From positions 54,374,001-54,438,000 of the forward strand of contig JAGIQG010000004.1 in assembly GCA_024679065.1 (NCBI GenBank): DNA of 64,000 bases, given 5' to 3'. This DNA comes from Sphyrna mokarran. Its lineage: Eukaryota. The position numbers and the translations under genes were made by a program. The notes beneath the pieces are model-generated. The model did not search any database. It worked only from the letters and a program-made list of their open reading frames with translations, and had not been told where the DNA came from. This document shows positions 1 to 14,697 of the stretch, piece after piece; positions within the stretch are counted from its first letter, which is position 1; each line of letters begins with the position of its first letter.

Positions 1-317
1 TAATTTGTTTTTGTATTTAATTTGTATTTCCGTTTCTAAATTGCCAATTCTAATTCTGCATCTTTTTCAGCCCTTCACCTATTTCTCGATCTCTAAATGT
101 CATTGCTTCACATGCAATTTGCTGTGTTATAAACCAAAGCCTCAGAAGCTCTGTTGACTTTCAATTCGTATCTACAGCATTATACAACACAAAGCTATTC
201 AGCCATTATCAATTACCATGTCAACAGAAGTGTGCTTGCGCTATGAACAATTATGAGGCCCGATTTGCTGTTGTGAGTTTAATGAGCAATTAATCTGCAA
301 AATGCAACAGCTTCAAG

Positions 318-2694
318 TACGTTAGAGGGGTCAGTTTTTGTTCAATGTGTGCAGGAAGGTTTCATGACTCAGTATGTAGATAGGCCAACAAGAGGCGAGG
401 CTATATTGGATTTGGTACTGGGTAATGAACCAGACCAGGTGTTAGACTTGGAGGTGGGTGTGCACTTTGGTGATAGTGACCACAATTCGGTTACGTTTAC
501 CTCAGTGATGGAAAGGGACGGGCACGTACTGAATAACAGTAGTTATAGCTGGGGGAAAGGTAATTATGAGGCTATTAGGAGAGATTTAGGATGCATAGGG
601 TGGAGCAGGAAATTGCAGGGGCTGGGGACATCTGAAATGTGGATCATATTTAAGGAACAGCTTCTGCATGTCCTTAATGAATATGTACCTGCCAGGCAGG
701 GAGGAAATGGTCGAGTGAGGGAACCATGGTGTACTAGGGAAGTTGAATCTCTGGTGAAGAGGAAGAAGGAGGCTTATATATTGATGAGACGTGAAGGCTC
801 AGTTAGGGCAATGGAGAGCTATAAATCAGCCAGGAAGGAGCTAAAGAAGGAGTTGAGAAGAGCTAGAAGAGGACATGAGAAGACTTTGGTGGATAGGATT
901 AAGGAGAATCCTAAAGCTTTTTACAGGTATATAAATAATAAAAGATTGGCTAGGGCAAGATTAGGGCCAGTCAGAGATAGCAGTGGGAAGTTGTGCGAGG
1001 AGCCTGAGGAGATAGGAGAGACACTGAATGAATATTTTTTGTCAGTATTCACGCAGGAGAAAGACAATGTTGTCGGGGAGAATACTGCGATACCAGGTTG
1101 TAGACTGGGCAGGATTGAGGTTCATAAGGAGGAGGTGTTAGCGAATCTTGAGGGTATGAAAATTGATAAGTCCCCTGGGCCAGATGGGATTTACCCTAGG
1201 ATTCTCTGGGAGGCTAGAGAGGAGATTGCAGAGCCTTTGGCTTTGATCTTCATGTCGTCGTTAGCTACAGGTATAGTGCCGGAAGACTGGAGGATGGCAA
1301 ATGTTGTCCCTCTTTTCAAAAAGGGAGTAGGGACCATCCTGGAAATTATAGACTGGTGAGCCTGACTTCTGTTGTGGGCAAGGTCTTGGAAAGAATTATA
1401 AGGGATAAGATTTATAAGCATCTAGAGAGGAATAAATTGATTAGGGATAGTCAGCACGGTTTTGTGAAGGGTAGGTCGTGCCTCACAAACCTTATTGAGT
1501 TTTTTGAGGAGGTGACCAAAGAGGTAGATAAGGGTAAGGCAGTTGATGTAGTGTATATGGATTTTAGCAAAGCGTTTGATAAGGTTCCCCATGGTAGGCT
1601 ACTGCAGAAAGTGCAGATGCATAGGATTGAAGGTGATTTAGCAGTTTGGATTAGGAATTGGCTAGCTGATAGAAGACAGAGGGTGATGGTTGATGGGAAA
1701 TATTCAACCTGGAGTGCAGTTACAAGTGGTGTACCTCAAGGATCTGTTTTGGGGCCACTGCTGTTTGTCATTTTTATAAATGACCTAGATGAGGGTGTAG
1801 AGGGTTGGATTAGTAAATTTGCTGACGATACCAAAGTGAGGGGAGTTGTAGACAGCGAGGATGGATGTTACAGTTTGCAGAGGGACATAGATAGGTTGCA
1901 GAGCTGGGCCGTGAGGTGGCAATTGGAATTCAATACAGATAAGTGTGAGGTGATTCACTTTGGTAGGAATAACAGGCATATGAAATATAGGGCTAATGGA
2001 AGGACCCTGAATAGTGTTGTTGAGCAGAGGGATCTTGGGGTACAAGTACATAGCTCTTTGAAAGTTGGCACCCAGGTTGATAAAGTTGTTAAGAAGGCGT
2101 ACGTTGTGTTAGCTTTTATTGATAGAGGGATTGAATTTAGGAGCCGTGAGTTTATGTTACAACTGTACAAAACTCCGGTGCGGCTGCACTTGGAGTATTG
2201 CGTACAGTTCTGGTTGCCGCATTATAAGAAAGATGTGGAAGCATTGGAAAGGGTGCAGAGGAGGTTTACCAGGATGTTGCCTGGTATGGTGGGAATATCT
2301 TATGAGGAAAGGCTGAGGGACCTGAGGTTATTTTCATTGGAGAGAAGAAGGTTACGTGGTGACCTAATTGAGGCGTATAAGATGATCAAGGGATTGGATA
2401 GGGTGGATAGTGAGAGCCTTTTTCCTCGGATGGTGATGACCAACATGAGGGGACATAACTTTAAATTAAGAGGTGGTAGTTATAGGACGGATGTCAGAGG
2501 CAGGTTCTTCACACAGAGGGTGGTGAGGGCGTGGAATGCCCTGCCTGCAGCAGTTGTGGACTCGCTACTTTGGGGGCATTCAAATGTTCGGTGGATAGGC
2601 ATATGGATGATATTGGAATAGTTTAGGTTAGAGGGTCCACTGGCCGGCGCAACATCGAGGGCCGAAGGGCTGTAATGTTCTATGTTCTATGTTC
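318..2694 (+). mobile_element. CR1-clade LINE (HER1-like), young, 5'-truncated, ORF2 with one frameshift
   Basis: ORFs 349-1359 (endonuclease end GDSDH, SPGPDG) and 1356-2621 (RT QGSVLGP, FADD). 3' tgttcta repeats. Confidence 0.95.
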
Positions 2695-2829
2695 ATCAAG
2701 GAAAAGGACTAAAACTAGTGACTAATCGGTGCAAAACCACCATCACAGAATCCCTATCACAAGTACATTTTGTTTAATGATTTTACTGCTGGACCTAGTA
2801 ATTTATTTCTGGTCAAGAACTTTAATGCC

Positions 2830-3880
2830 AATTTATAAGGACGGTGTAACTGACTCTGTGGGGTATTCCAGTTAAAGTCAGGTTTGCTGCTTTGCATTCA
2901 ATGATTAATCTCAAGTCCTCAATATGCGTTGCGGTTTTAAACAACTTCATTCTTTAACGCATTTGTGTTCAAATGCATGCACTTTAATGAAAAAACATAT
3001 TTATTTAATGTTCTGTGTAATATTCTCATTTTTCAATCTATCTAGGGCTTCCTAGTTCTTCTTAAAACCTTAGTTTCAATTTTGTTTATAACTGAACATT
3101 ATTGACATCTCTGGCACAACATTATGTTGGCCATGTAAGTCCAAGCTCCCTGAAAATCTTCAAACTGACATCAATCAGCCACAGCCCATAATCAATTCGT
3201 AAACAATATCCATTGGCATTTCATAGCACCCGCCCTGACTTGACTGGTACCCAGTTAAACTCCACACAATCACATAAAGACAAAAGTGTATTTTCTTTTA
3301 AAAAAGTATTTCTCCTTGTTCGTGTGTAATTGTTTGCTTTTTCTGTTTTATTATTTGGAGAAAAGTATCGTTATTTTTGAAGGTTTCGATCGAAATTTTT
3401 GCATTTCATTGTATTTTTCCCTGTTTATTTTGAGTTCCAAGTTGTTATTTGTTGTAGCTGTAAAAGCATAGTTTTATGAATAATTAACTGCTGGATTATG
3501 CTGCTTTGATTTGTGTGGTAGAAACATGAAATATATCTTTCTTTTGTCTTTGGAACAGTAATTTTCTAGGCCAACTCCGGTGTCCTATAGTTTTGACATG
3601 GTTTGCCATCAGCTCTCAACATTGACACTTGGCTATTGGTTCACATGCTAACTCTTTCCGACTTATACTAAACACGAATGCTTTCATTGAGGCGTGCAAA
3701 TTATCTGGCTATTGCTTACATACTGCTGGCTTATGGGCCTGTCCAATTTGCTGTCGTGTCTGCTGAGTTAAATTGTGTAGGAGCAATTATAATCTGCAGA
3801 GAATTGAAATGTTCAGAATTAGTAAATACTACTGTAAATATCAGATTGTAGGCAGTCATAAGGCTTTAGGCAGGTTTTCA
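2830..3880 (+). repeat. Non-coding paralogous block, second copy at ~23030-24210
   Basis: For example gccctgacttgactggtac / gccctgacttgcctggtac and cagattgtaggcagtcataaggct / cagattgcaggccgtcataaggct. Confidence 0.8.
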
Positions 3881-6149
3881 ATTCCAGTTGATACGTATTC
3901 ATAAAACCATGGATGGAGATTGTTAAAGATAAATAGTAAAAGAAAACTCATGTACTGTGAGTGCAGCTGGCAAGATAATATGTCTGGTTACCCTTGAGAA
4001 CTGCTGCGATCCATGTGGTATAGATGCACCCACAGTGCTGTTAGGAAGATAGCACCAAGATTTTAATCCATCTGAAGTGAGGGACTGGTGATTTAGTTCC
4101 AGATCAGGATGCAGTATGTCTTGGAGGAAGAACTGCAGCTGGTAATGTTAACATGGGAGCAACCTTACCAAAAAAAAGTGCCAATTAGTGCCAAATGATC
4201 AAGAAAATGGGAGACTTCCAGATCCATTTTTTGGTCGAGTTTAAAAATGCAATTTTACATCACTTTGTGCAGAGAAAATGCACAACCTGTTTCTCGTCAG
4301 TAGGGGAGGGGGCGGGTTTGAGGCTCACATAAAAGTCGTCTGCTTCCTCCAGAGGGTGCAATTGTGCATAGACAGACGTCTCGGTTCTGTGGAATAGAGA
4401 TCTGAGAAGTAACCCCCCCTCCAGATATTGCTGGCCTCCCTGGCCAATCAGCAACCCTCATTGCGCAAATGATGCTGACCAAAACACCACTGCAAATCTT
4501 TCTTGCCAAACTGATTGCCTCCTAAGACCTCAGTCTTGGTCTGGCTGATTCCCTTGCACAGTGAGCAGCTTTCTCCCCAGTCGCTTGCTCTTGCAGAGTG
4601 CACAGTTTCCCTTCCCAGCCAAACCCCACTGCAGTGTGCGCAAATTCCGTCTCCCAACTCCGCTTCGGCCTTAGTCCCATCATAGCCCTCTTCCTTGTCT
4701 ATGCCCACCCCTTCAGACCACGCCTCCTTGGCATTTTCGGCCCCTCTGCACTGAACCTCCCAGGGGACTTCAACAGCTTTCGGTCCCATCAGTGACGCCA
4801 TCATGTCAAGTTCTGTTGATGCTATTTAAAATAGACTTATATATTGAAATTAGACTAATACCCCTTTAAGGTGCAAGACTGATCATGCTGGGCATCCGGG
4901 CCTGGTAAAATCGTGAATGGCGAAAATCGAGAGTGAACCCAATCTTTCATCTCTTGCACAATCTTATCAGTTCATTCTACCACGTGATTTCATGACAAGA
5001 AGGTAAGATTGTTCCCCATGTGTTTGCTGTCCTTATCTTTCTGGTGATTGCAATTTGTTGAAGGAGTTTTACTGCATCTGGTATAGGGTACATACTGATG
5101 ACATTGTACATTGGTAGTGAAGAGAATGAAATCTAAGATAGCCGTGGATAGAGAATTGATGAAGTGTGATGTTTTGTCCTGGATTGTGTGGACCCCTTTG
5201 TTGTAGAAACATTCATCAAGGTTAGTCCATCTCACTTCTGAGTTGTGATTAGATGACGGTAGGAAGGATTTGAGAAGCTTGAAAGTGAATTTCTTATTGC
5301 AATATTCCAGTTTCTATTCTGTTCTTGCAACCACATTGTTATATGGCTGGTCCGATTAAGTTTCCGGTCAATGATAACCCCTAGGTAATGTCTCTAAATA
5401 TCAAGGGGAGGTAGTGTGTTATCTCTTGTTTGATGTGTTCATTTTCTGATATTTCTGTGATATGAATGTTACTTGCCACATATCAATACAAATCTGAATA
5501 TTTTCCAGTCTTGCTGCGTATGGACGCAGACAATGACAACCTCCCTAAGTGTGGGTGGAGACACTAACGAGCCCAGAAAATACCGTTCTGGTTTTGGTAA
5601 TCATACTGAAATTGGAACTTCAACATGGTAATCAGTCTTGCACAAATTTCCAGCACGTGGCTAATTACGTTCAAAATTATTGCCTTGGGACTTATGATCA
5701 GTCAGGCACCAGTCAGAAGTTCCACTATAGACTTCCCACTGATGCCTCCCTGCCTGGGCTACTCAAACAGTGCAACGGCCTGGGAGAATTGCCCCTGTAA
5801 TGAGTTAGACAATAGGACTGCTAGAATCATCATGTACACAGCAATTCAAAGAGAATGTGCACTGTAATCTTGTTAATGCCGAATAAAGCTTTGCCCATTC
5901 AATCCACATACTAAAAAGAATGTCTTGCTGTACTCTTTATACACTCATAGAATTAGAACTCTGACCCTTTTTGGTGTTGTACATCTTGTGGTGCTGCACT
6001 TCATTTTGCCAACACAACGTGGTAGAACATAAATCGGGAACTCCTAGTCCACTGTATCTGGCCCATCACGAATTTCCCAGGCCCTTTTTTACTATAATCT
6101 CTTCCATCAATATGATGAGCATATTGATTTCAATTTTAGTATGATTAGT

Positions 6150-7600
6150 GGGCCAAGGATGGTTGATTCAGGGCATGCTAGAGTCTTCCCCAATGCTGGG
6201 AGAGTTTCTCACCAGCGGGTTTATAATGCTCCCGACCAATGGGGAAAAGGCGTGCTCACGCTGCTGATGGGGATGAAACCATAGAGGGCCCCCCTGGGAG
6301 GTCAGAGAAGGGGATGCCCCTTGCGTATTGCTAGCTTGGCACGCTAGCACTACCCATTCAGCACGATGCAGTGCCAAGGAGGTGGGGCCAGAGGAGGAGG
6401 GACACACTGGAAAGGCGGAACACACTGGTGGGGTAAGTGGTGGTGGTTGTTGGGAACACACTGCCACTCTGCGATGGGATTAATGGGGGAGGATTGAGGC
6501 AGCCATCGGGGCTGACCATGTGGGAAGTATCGGGGCTGATCTAGGGGGCCGGTCTGGTAGGCTAGCAATCGGTGTGTGGAAAAAACGAAGGCCTGTGATT
6601 TGGAGAACTCAGTGCCCATGCATTAATGTACCTACTGACAGATTGGCGCATACGCAGTGGTCCACTGCGCGCTTTGCTGCCTTACTCTCAGATGGGAATA
6701 GGCCCCGTCCCCTAGTTACAAGCATGAATTTTCCCTGCGGCAATTTGTGGAGAACAGAGAACAGAGATTTTACCGGTTTGCTCTGCACATTGATGCATGG
6801 GACATTGGCAATTCCCATTGGGCACCAAGGGGGCAGAGCCATGGTGAGCGGGACATGAAGAGGTGGGAACTTTGTGATCGACCCTAAGTGAACAGTCCCA
6901 TGGTGGGCGGGGACTGCGGGACAGGGCATTTGGTGGCGACACCTGAAGGAGACAGGACCAGTATGGTGGGGCCTGGAGGGTTGGGATCAGACTGGGGGCA
7001 TGTCAGGGAGATAGAGGAGCTCTGTGGTATACTCTAAAGCTATGATGGTGAAGCCCGCTGCTGCTTTGAAGCTGGATTCAGTGGGGACGGGAAGGAGGGC
7101 CGCTGCACTGTCTGCATGCGATTGGTGGTGGGAGACCGGGGGCAGTACTGGCGGTGTTTTGTGATTGGTGGGAAGGGAGGAATGGGAGGGCCACTGTGGA
7201 ATCGGTCTTGGCGGCGAGGCGGAGGCTGTATTTTCAGACAGTGTGGGACTTGTGATTGACCATGGGCCTCTGTGATTGTGTTGGGGTGTGTGGCGGATGG
7301 TGCTGTGTTGATGCTTGACGTTTCTCTGTCGCTGTCAGGCCTCTGCTGTTGCAATTGCCTTTATGTAGACACACAGAGATCTGTGCATGTGCAATAGCTC
7401 CTTCTGCTTCCTGATTAGGCTGGTTGGCAAATTTATTCCTGCTCATAGTGTGTAATAGCTAGAAACAATCTGGCCCATTTTATCATACATATTGTGCACA
7501 ACATTGGGAGTAAAAACTCGCCCCAAAAAGGGGTTTGCAACTCATCTACTTTCACGCTAGCTGGATGGGGTTAGGTTGGAATTTTACTGTCCCACCCGCC
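6150..7600. mobile_element. GC-rich putative non-autonomous DNA-transposon-like repeat (similar-looking blocks at ~4200-4990 and 63470-64000)
   Basis: Abrupt composition shift and no credible ORF. Family not identified. Confidence 0.3.
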
Positions 7601-10234
7601 ACGGGAATCATAAACTGAATACATGCAGGGACAAACCATTAATGTCAGGTAACTTCAGCAACACATAAATGACTGCTTTCATCTTGTCTTCCCGTTGCCA
7701 CTTGCTGCCCTATAAATAGCCTGCTAAATTTATAGCAGGGAATTGATGATTGTAGCCTACTGGAATTTCAATATTTTCCATATTTATTGTGCAGTTTTCA
7801 CAAATACATGATAGTTTTATGCTTGAACTCTATAGAAAGACCCTTAGTCTATTGGCATTAGTAATCTTACCTTTCTGCAGCCTAAGCCTTAGTGGACTCA
7901 GCCAACTGGCACTTATTACAACACCATAGTGAAAACTACACAACCCTGAATCACAGGCAGATGAACATCGGCCAGAATACCGGTGCTATCTCATTTTTCC
8001 TGTTAGGTCTCCACGATTTGTCTCTGTCTGCGCTTTATTCCCTTGGAGTGCAAGGAATCAATTTCTTCTTTATTACAGTGGGCACTGCCTGTACTGTTCT
8101 CTCCAGCTCATTCCATCTCATCTAGTACAGATTTGGCAAAACACGTGGGCCGCATTTTTCATTTTCCAAGTTAATTTTGAATACCACATTACATTAAATG
8201 TAATTGAAAATAATTTATTGAATCAGCCTCTGGTCTATATTTCTGCAGCACTTGGTGCGAATGGGAACAAAGTTATGGGGGGAAACAGGATTAGGCTATT
8301 GTATTGGATGATCAGCCATGATCATAATGAATGGCGGAGAGACTCGAAGGGTCAATGCTTCCTCTTGCTCCTATCTTCTACGTTTCTGTGTACTCTAGTG
8401 ATCTTTCCTCTCTAACAGTAGAACTTGTGTCTCTGTGGAGATTAGCTTGCCTGACTCTTTAATGGAAATGGGCCACTTTAAAGAATAATTTTGGAAGCAG
8501 CTTCAGTGCATTTTATGGAGTTTCGGGCGCAAAGGCTTTCCTCATCCCTCTCTATCCTGTGAGCGGAAAGACCCTAATTCATTTAGTATTTATAGCGAAT
8601 GATTACTGTCACCTCAGGCAATCGCTTGGTGACAATGGACTTTGAAAGGCAATTGTTAAATTTGTTACACAATGGAAATTAATACTCATTTTTTAAAAGT
8701 TTAACTGATTGACAGTTTCTTGAAGTTCAAGTGACTCCTCGTGAAATTGTATGTTACAAACCATGCATGCCGCATTTTAAGAATGCTCACAAGTTGAAGT
8801 TACAAAATGTCGATGCTACTTGATTGCTAATATCATAAGAAGATCGTCCTGCACATTTGAAATCCGGAAGATTTTCAACTTGTCGACAGCTTCAACCTGG
8901 TTTTGGAAATCTTGTCATGGATTTGTTCTACAATAGTCCAGCGAGCAATTCTGACAGGTGTGCTGTTCTACATTTTAGCCTGGCTGCAATCAATGTAAAC
9001 AGTAATGAATGTATTTTAAGGTTTATAATCGAAAAGTCTGATCTTGCAATCATAAATATCTCACAACTGCAAGCAGTATTTTAGATTCTCAGCTTTTTTC
9101 TTTCTTTGTCATGTTCACTTTAGTATACTTTGCACGTTTGTTTTGTTTAAGTTTTGATGCGTCCTTGGAATCAGCAAGCTGCAAGGCAACATTTGTCAGC
9201 TTGTTATCTCCTCATCTTTGTTTAGTTTGTGAAAGTAATATTTAATATCACAGTAAATCCATCGTCCAATCATTATTGAGACAATTGACATTTTAACGAA
9301 AGACTTACGGAATTTCCTTCCATTAGTTCCAATTTCAGATTGTAATCGGATTTTGGACTGGCTTCCTTTCCCTTTTCTGCAGCCCTCCCCCAAATCTTGT
9401 TGAAATTCCATTTGAACTTTCATGAAAAATGAATTCGTCTGTTAATATAGCTCATTGAAGAAAACAAATTAATTATTTGACTAAAATAGAAAAAGGAATT
9501 CCACGCTGCTCTTTAAGGCTGTTGGGAAAGCTGATAGTACACAAGATTAAGTTAAGGCCCAATTGTCTGATCATCGATAGCCGCAGTGCCCTGCTTATCC
9601 CACGGGGGAAGGCTCTAGGAGACATTTTTCAATCGCCTTACCGCCAATCCCACTAATCGTCTGATCTCTGGCACTTGAGGCAAAAATGACGAACTTGTTT
9701 GAAATCAGCCGACAGTTCACAGTTGGTAGATTAAGCAAGGGAACTTTCCCATTTTCTACATTTCAGTGTCCTATCACATAATATTTGATGCCATTACAGT
9801 AGATGACTAAAGATCTACCTGGGAATATATGATACTTTCCTCCCTCTGCCTGGGGGTCTCCTTTTCCCTGGTTCAATTTTGATGGTGGTATAGGCCGAGC
9901 TATTGTCGGTGCCTTTTTTTGTCTGTAAAATGGATATTTTCCACATGTAGTTGAGGAATTTCTTGTTTCGTAGTTTGGACAAGCATTATTCCAGGCAGAC
10001 CCGAAAAAGAAACGTGGATAATATTGACTTTGATTTTTGTGTGAAACCGACTAGGAGCCTGCAGCCCAATTTGCATCTCTCCAGATTGCTATTTCCAACC
10101 AAGTCAGTAAGCGAAATGCCAATTAATAAGGATTTAATGAAATCTGTCCTGTGAAGACAAAACTTTCCCTAATCCCCTCAGATTCTGAACAATTAGTCAA
10201 TATTGAATCTGTTTTGTATGGTCATATTGTAGAA

Positions 10235-10500
10235 TCCATATAGTGCCATTCGGCCGACAGAGTCTGCACTCATCACAATCCCACCCAGGTTCTATCACCT
10301 TAAATCCACCTGATCCCCGCTAATCGGCTGACATAAAGGGGTAATTCACTTCACCTACACATCTTTGGAGTGTAGGAGGAAACCAGAGTACCCAGAGGAA
10401 ACCTAAGCCAATGCGGGGAGAATATGAACGTATAAACTCCACATAGATAATTACCCGACTGAACCCGGGTACCTGTCGCTATGAGCGGCGGTGCTGATCA
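10235..10500 (-). mobile_element. HE1-type V-SINE inserted just after the paralog stop codon
   Basis: Reverse-complement core acatctttggagtgtaggaggaaacc..ggaaacc. Confidence 0.7.
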
Positions 10501-10521
10501 CCTAGTTGAGTATCTTTCACC

Positions 10522-10650
10522 TCAATCCGTCAGTCCTGCCTGAGAATAGATGGTGTGCTCCTTCTTGTGTTTCGGTTTGGAAGGGCCCTTTTCTTCTCGC
10601 GGGCTCAGAGTAGCGTAGGCGACAATGTTCTCATCTGGCCTTTGTCTAAC
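10522..10650 (-). pseudogene. Paralog gene 2, terminal ITIM exon (still open)
   Basis: Acceptor ttatttttacag|, VRQRPDENIVAYATLSPREEKGPSKPKHKKEHTIYSQAGLTD*. Collinear with 28622-28750. Confidence 0.8.
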
Positions 10651-11171
10651 CTGTAAAAATAAGACACAAAATATTGAAAGCGGCGAATCTGTCTCTGCAG
10701 CCAGCTACTGTCAATTCTAATTAACTCTGTCAATGTAAATATGCAGACAGTAAATGATAGAACTAGTTTGCAAGAGCACTTTCTCCCTTCTCGACTATTG
10801 TATCCAATATCGAACAATAGAGTGGAGAGTATTTGTTTAATCAGTTCAAGCAATGTTGGCTTCACTGGCTAAGTTAACAGTCGATAATGCAGTTGAAGCG
10901 CTCCAGTCGGGGTCGGGTACGTGCTTCCCTGGTATTTTTAGGGCAGTCCTTCCAGAATTCTGACTCAGCGACAGTGAAGGAACTGCGATATTTTTCCAAG
11001 CCAGTATTTTCAATGGTGTAGAAAGGAACTTCAACGTGGTGTTCCTATATATCTGGCAGCTTTGATATAGGACGAGTTGGTGCTGCTGGAGATCTAGATC
11101 AATCGGAATGAAAAGTAGAACTTTTTCACATAGGCATTCCTGGAAGATAAATGGCAGTGAAGTAAGCATCA

Positions 11172-11365
11172 AGATGAAAACAAAATACTGCAATGCTGGA
11201 ATCTGAAACATAATCAGAAAACGCCGGAAAATCCCATTAGGCCTAACAGCATCTGAGGAGAGTGAATCGAACATTAGCTATATTCTGTTTCCACAGACCT
11301 GCTAAGATTTCCAGCATTTTCTGTTTTTGTCTCAGATTCCAGCAGCCACAGTATTTTACTTTTAG
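11172..11365. repeat. Short palindromic interspersed repeat
   Basis: aaaatactgc..gctggaatctgaaac inverted to tcagattccagc..cagtatttt. Related copies near 38705-38900 and 37030-37070. Confidence 0.65.
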
Positions 11366-14086
11366 CTTTTCGGCCTTATATCCGCTGCCCTTCTCCGTTT
11401 GGATGACAGTGGTCATGAGTTTGCAAGGTGCTGTCTATGAAGTCTTAATGCGTTCCCGCAATGTATCTTGCAGATGGTATACGCTAGTGCCACTGTATGT
11501 CGGTGGTAGAGGAAGTTTTCTTTCTGGGTGGGTTGCCAATCAAACTCCTGCTTTGTCTTGGATGGTGTAGAGCTTCTTGAGTGTTGTGGAACTGCTGTCA
11601 TCCAGGCAAGTGGAAAGTATTCCGCCACATTCCTCACTTGTGCCTTGTAGATTGTGCACCTGCTTTGGGGAGTCAGGAGGTGAGATACTCGCTGCTTGAT
11701 TCTTAGCCTCTAACCTGCTCTTGTAGCTACAATGTTTATGTAAAATCATAATACACATAACAATACAATAACTAGGAACAGGAATAGGCAATTTAGCATC
11801 TTAAACCTGTTCTGCCATTCAATACAATCTAATTTCAGCATCATCTGCACCTTCCTATCCATTCCCCATAACCATTCATCAGAGGGAGCAAGCCTTGTGA
11901 CTCATTGCTAGTTACAGCTTATCAAACAGAAAAAGGCCCATTGTTCTCACTCTCTTTTTTCTGTTGATTAGTGAATCCTCTATCCAACCTAATATATTAC
12001 CCCAACCCCATTTTGCCATCGGTATTAATCTTTTGTGTGACATCTTATCCAATGCATTTTGAAAGTCCAGACATACTATACCTGTAGAATCTCCTGTAAG
12101 AATCTCATCTTTGAAGATTTAGTTAATCATGATTTACTCTTCTTAAAAACTCTGACTGATGGATTGCGTTTTGATTTTCTAAATGTCCCTTTACTACTTC
12201 CTTAATGATGAATTCCAAGAATTTTCCAATGACAGATGTTAAACTAACTGGTTTATAGTTTTCTACTGTTTATATTTCTACATTTTTGAACAGAGGTGTT
12301 ACATTAACCTATTCCCAATCTCCTACAATCCCTACATTTGGAGAAGAAGGCCATTTGGTCCATTGATTTTGCGCCAAGTTTCTGACAGAACATCTTATCC
12401 TGGCCACACCCACTTCTATTCCTGTAACCCCATGTATTTACCATGCTAATCCCCCTAAACTACACATCCTGAGACACCTAGGGACAATGTAGCATGCCTT
12501 ATCCACCTAATCTACTGGAACTTTTCCAGAATCTACGGAATTTTGGAACTTCAAACCAATGCCTCTGCTGTCACTCCCTTTAAGATATAAGTCATCGTAC
12601 TCTGGAGAATTGTCTGCCTTTAATCACAATAGTACACTCAGTACTTTTTCTCTAGTGAAGGCGACTATTTTAAATTCCTCCTTTTGAACTATCCCCGCAT
12701 TACCTGCTAATATTGGTATGGTTTTAGCCTCCTGCACTGTGAAAATCAAAACAGACTATTGATTTAGTGCTATTACCATTTCTGTGTTCCTCATTATTAA
12801 TTCCTCAGTCTCGTCCTCTAAGGAACTAACGTCTTTAGCTACTCTCTTTCTTTTTATGTAGTTACAGAATCTTTTCCTCTCCGTCATATATTTGCACTGG
12901 ATTTGCTGCCATGCAGACATATGGATGGTTTAGTCCAGTTTCTGGCTAATGTTCTAAATATGGAACCCAGAACACTTGATAAATTTACTCGCATTTAAAA
13001 TTGTCACTATCTGGAACTAATAATGATATAATAAATAATGCACATTTTTAATTTCCTAATTACCTCCAACCGTCCCCCCCCCCCACTCATTGGGGCAACC
13101 ATTGTCTTCTTACTGCAACCAGTTGGAAGACTTGACTGATGCCTGAGTTTGTCTTCCTTTCACTTGCAGAAACTTCCATCCCAGGGTGGAAATCAACAGC
13201 CTGGGCCCTGACAAACCCTCACTCCTCACGTCACTCTGCTCTCTCTGCCTCTCCTATCTTGACTTCTATGCGTCACTGTGCACTCTGGAGAGGTTTCAGG
13301 CCATTTAAGCTACCAGCAGGAGTGTTTCAGCCTGGCTTAGCCAATATACCGAAACCTGGGGTCTTCCTTGTCTACCTGTGCGAATAATGTCTATGTTAAG
13401 CACCCGATCATCTGGAAATTTCCTTATTTTGAAATAAATTTAAGTTTCTAAGGAGAAATCAACAGTAGATAACTGTTGCGAAGGTAAATAGTTATCTGGT
13501 TCTTAACATAAAGGAATAGAGTGTAGAAAGAAGCAATACTTTCAAAGTAGCCAGGTCCTCAACTGGAAATCGTGTCCCATTCCGGGACTTGCAATTTGGG
13601 AAGGATGTCAAAATTTGGAGAGGAGATTTACTGGAATGTTCAGTGATGTGAGGGAAACTAAAGAATCTATCATTGTTCTCCTTACAGCAGGGAAAGAATT
13701 CTCTGAGGTTTAGTTCGAGTAAACGAGGCAAAACCGCTACTCTTGGTGATTTTGCTTGCTAACCAGGGGATTCGATTTTGATAATTGGGGAAGATAAGAA
13801 GTTTTCTGCAACTTGCTGTTGTAATCTGCAATGCCCTGACTGACCCAGTAGCGGAAGCATATTGAATAGAAACTTTCAGAATGGGGATTGGAGAAACGTT
13901 TAAAAAAATGTCAGTTGTAGGTAAAGGGTATGGGAGTGGAACTCGCTGGGCACTTAATTCAAAGAGGAAGCACAGCTACTTTCCTTCCATACTATAAAAT
14001 ATTATGGGTATTTTAAAACCAATTGGTATCTTTCCCGCTGAATATAGAATTTCCTTCTCACTACCGCCCCCGTTCATCCTCACCTC

Positions 14087-14163
14087 TCACGCCACGTTTT
14101 TGTAATGTAAAATAAGGCATTGCTCTTCTCTCTGAGCTGCTTCCACGTAATTTCTATGATCGT
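14087..14163 (-). pseudogene. Paralog gene 2, cytoplasmic exon homolog that lost its donor site
   Basis: DDHRNYVEAAQREEQ aligns to GVKRNSVEAGQSDEA. Acceptor intact, no GT at the homologous donor. Reads through to TGA at 14089-14087. Confidence 0.7.
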
Positions 14164-14603
14164 CTAAAAGAAAAAGAAAACATGAGCAATTAAATCAGTG
14201 CACAAGCGAAACCAGTATCATACCTTTGACGCAAAACAAATTTTTTAGAAAGTAAGGGAATTTGAATGCTGAAGTTGTTGAGGAGCATCAACCGCAGTAT
14301 ACTGTACATTACCTTCTCATTATCCGGATTGATCCGTGGTCCACAAGGTCTACTCAAATTTTTGTACAATGGCGCGAAGGATGTGATAGGGAATCGATAA
14401 CACTTTGACAATTTCAAGTTTTCAAAGTCCGCTTTTCGTTGTCATTTTCAAGTCTCAATTACATAACACTCGTGTGATATCAACTTCGTTCTTTAATGAT
14501 TTTGCAAAGTGCTCTTTATTCCTGTACAATGAATTTGTGCTTTTTAAAGCGTAACCGCGCATAAGAAAATAAAAATGTGCAGCGAAATGTTAAAGGTACT
14601 TAC

Positions 14604-14697
14604 CAGCTGATGCCTTTAATTTGAGCCTCGTCAAAATAATTATCAACAGTAAAATAGCCTGCACATCCGAAAATGAACGGAAATTTGACAGCAGTAT
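14604..14697 (-). pseudogene. Paralog gene 2, TM exon with 11-bp frameshifting deletion
   Basis: Aligns to 34023-34130, with intact tag| and |GTAAGT sites. 94 nt vs 108 nt: gcggcgcattg is deleted and there is one codon fewer. Confidence 0.85.

Noticed and set aside
5550-5945. Possible solo LTR (TG...AATAAA...CA)
   Set aside because: No target-site duplication or second copy to support it.
14087-14110. LHYKNV ITIM-like motif in the paralog read-through
   Set aside because: It lies in non-homologous former intron sequence downstream of a frameshift, so it is probably chance.
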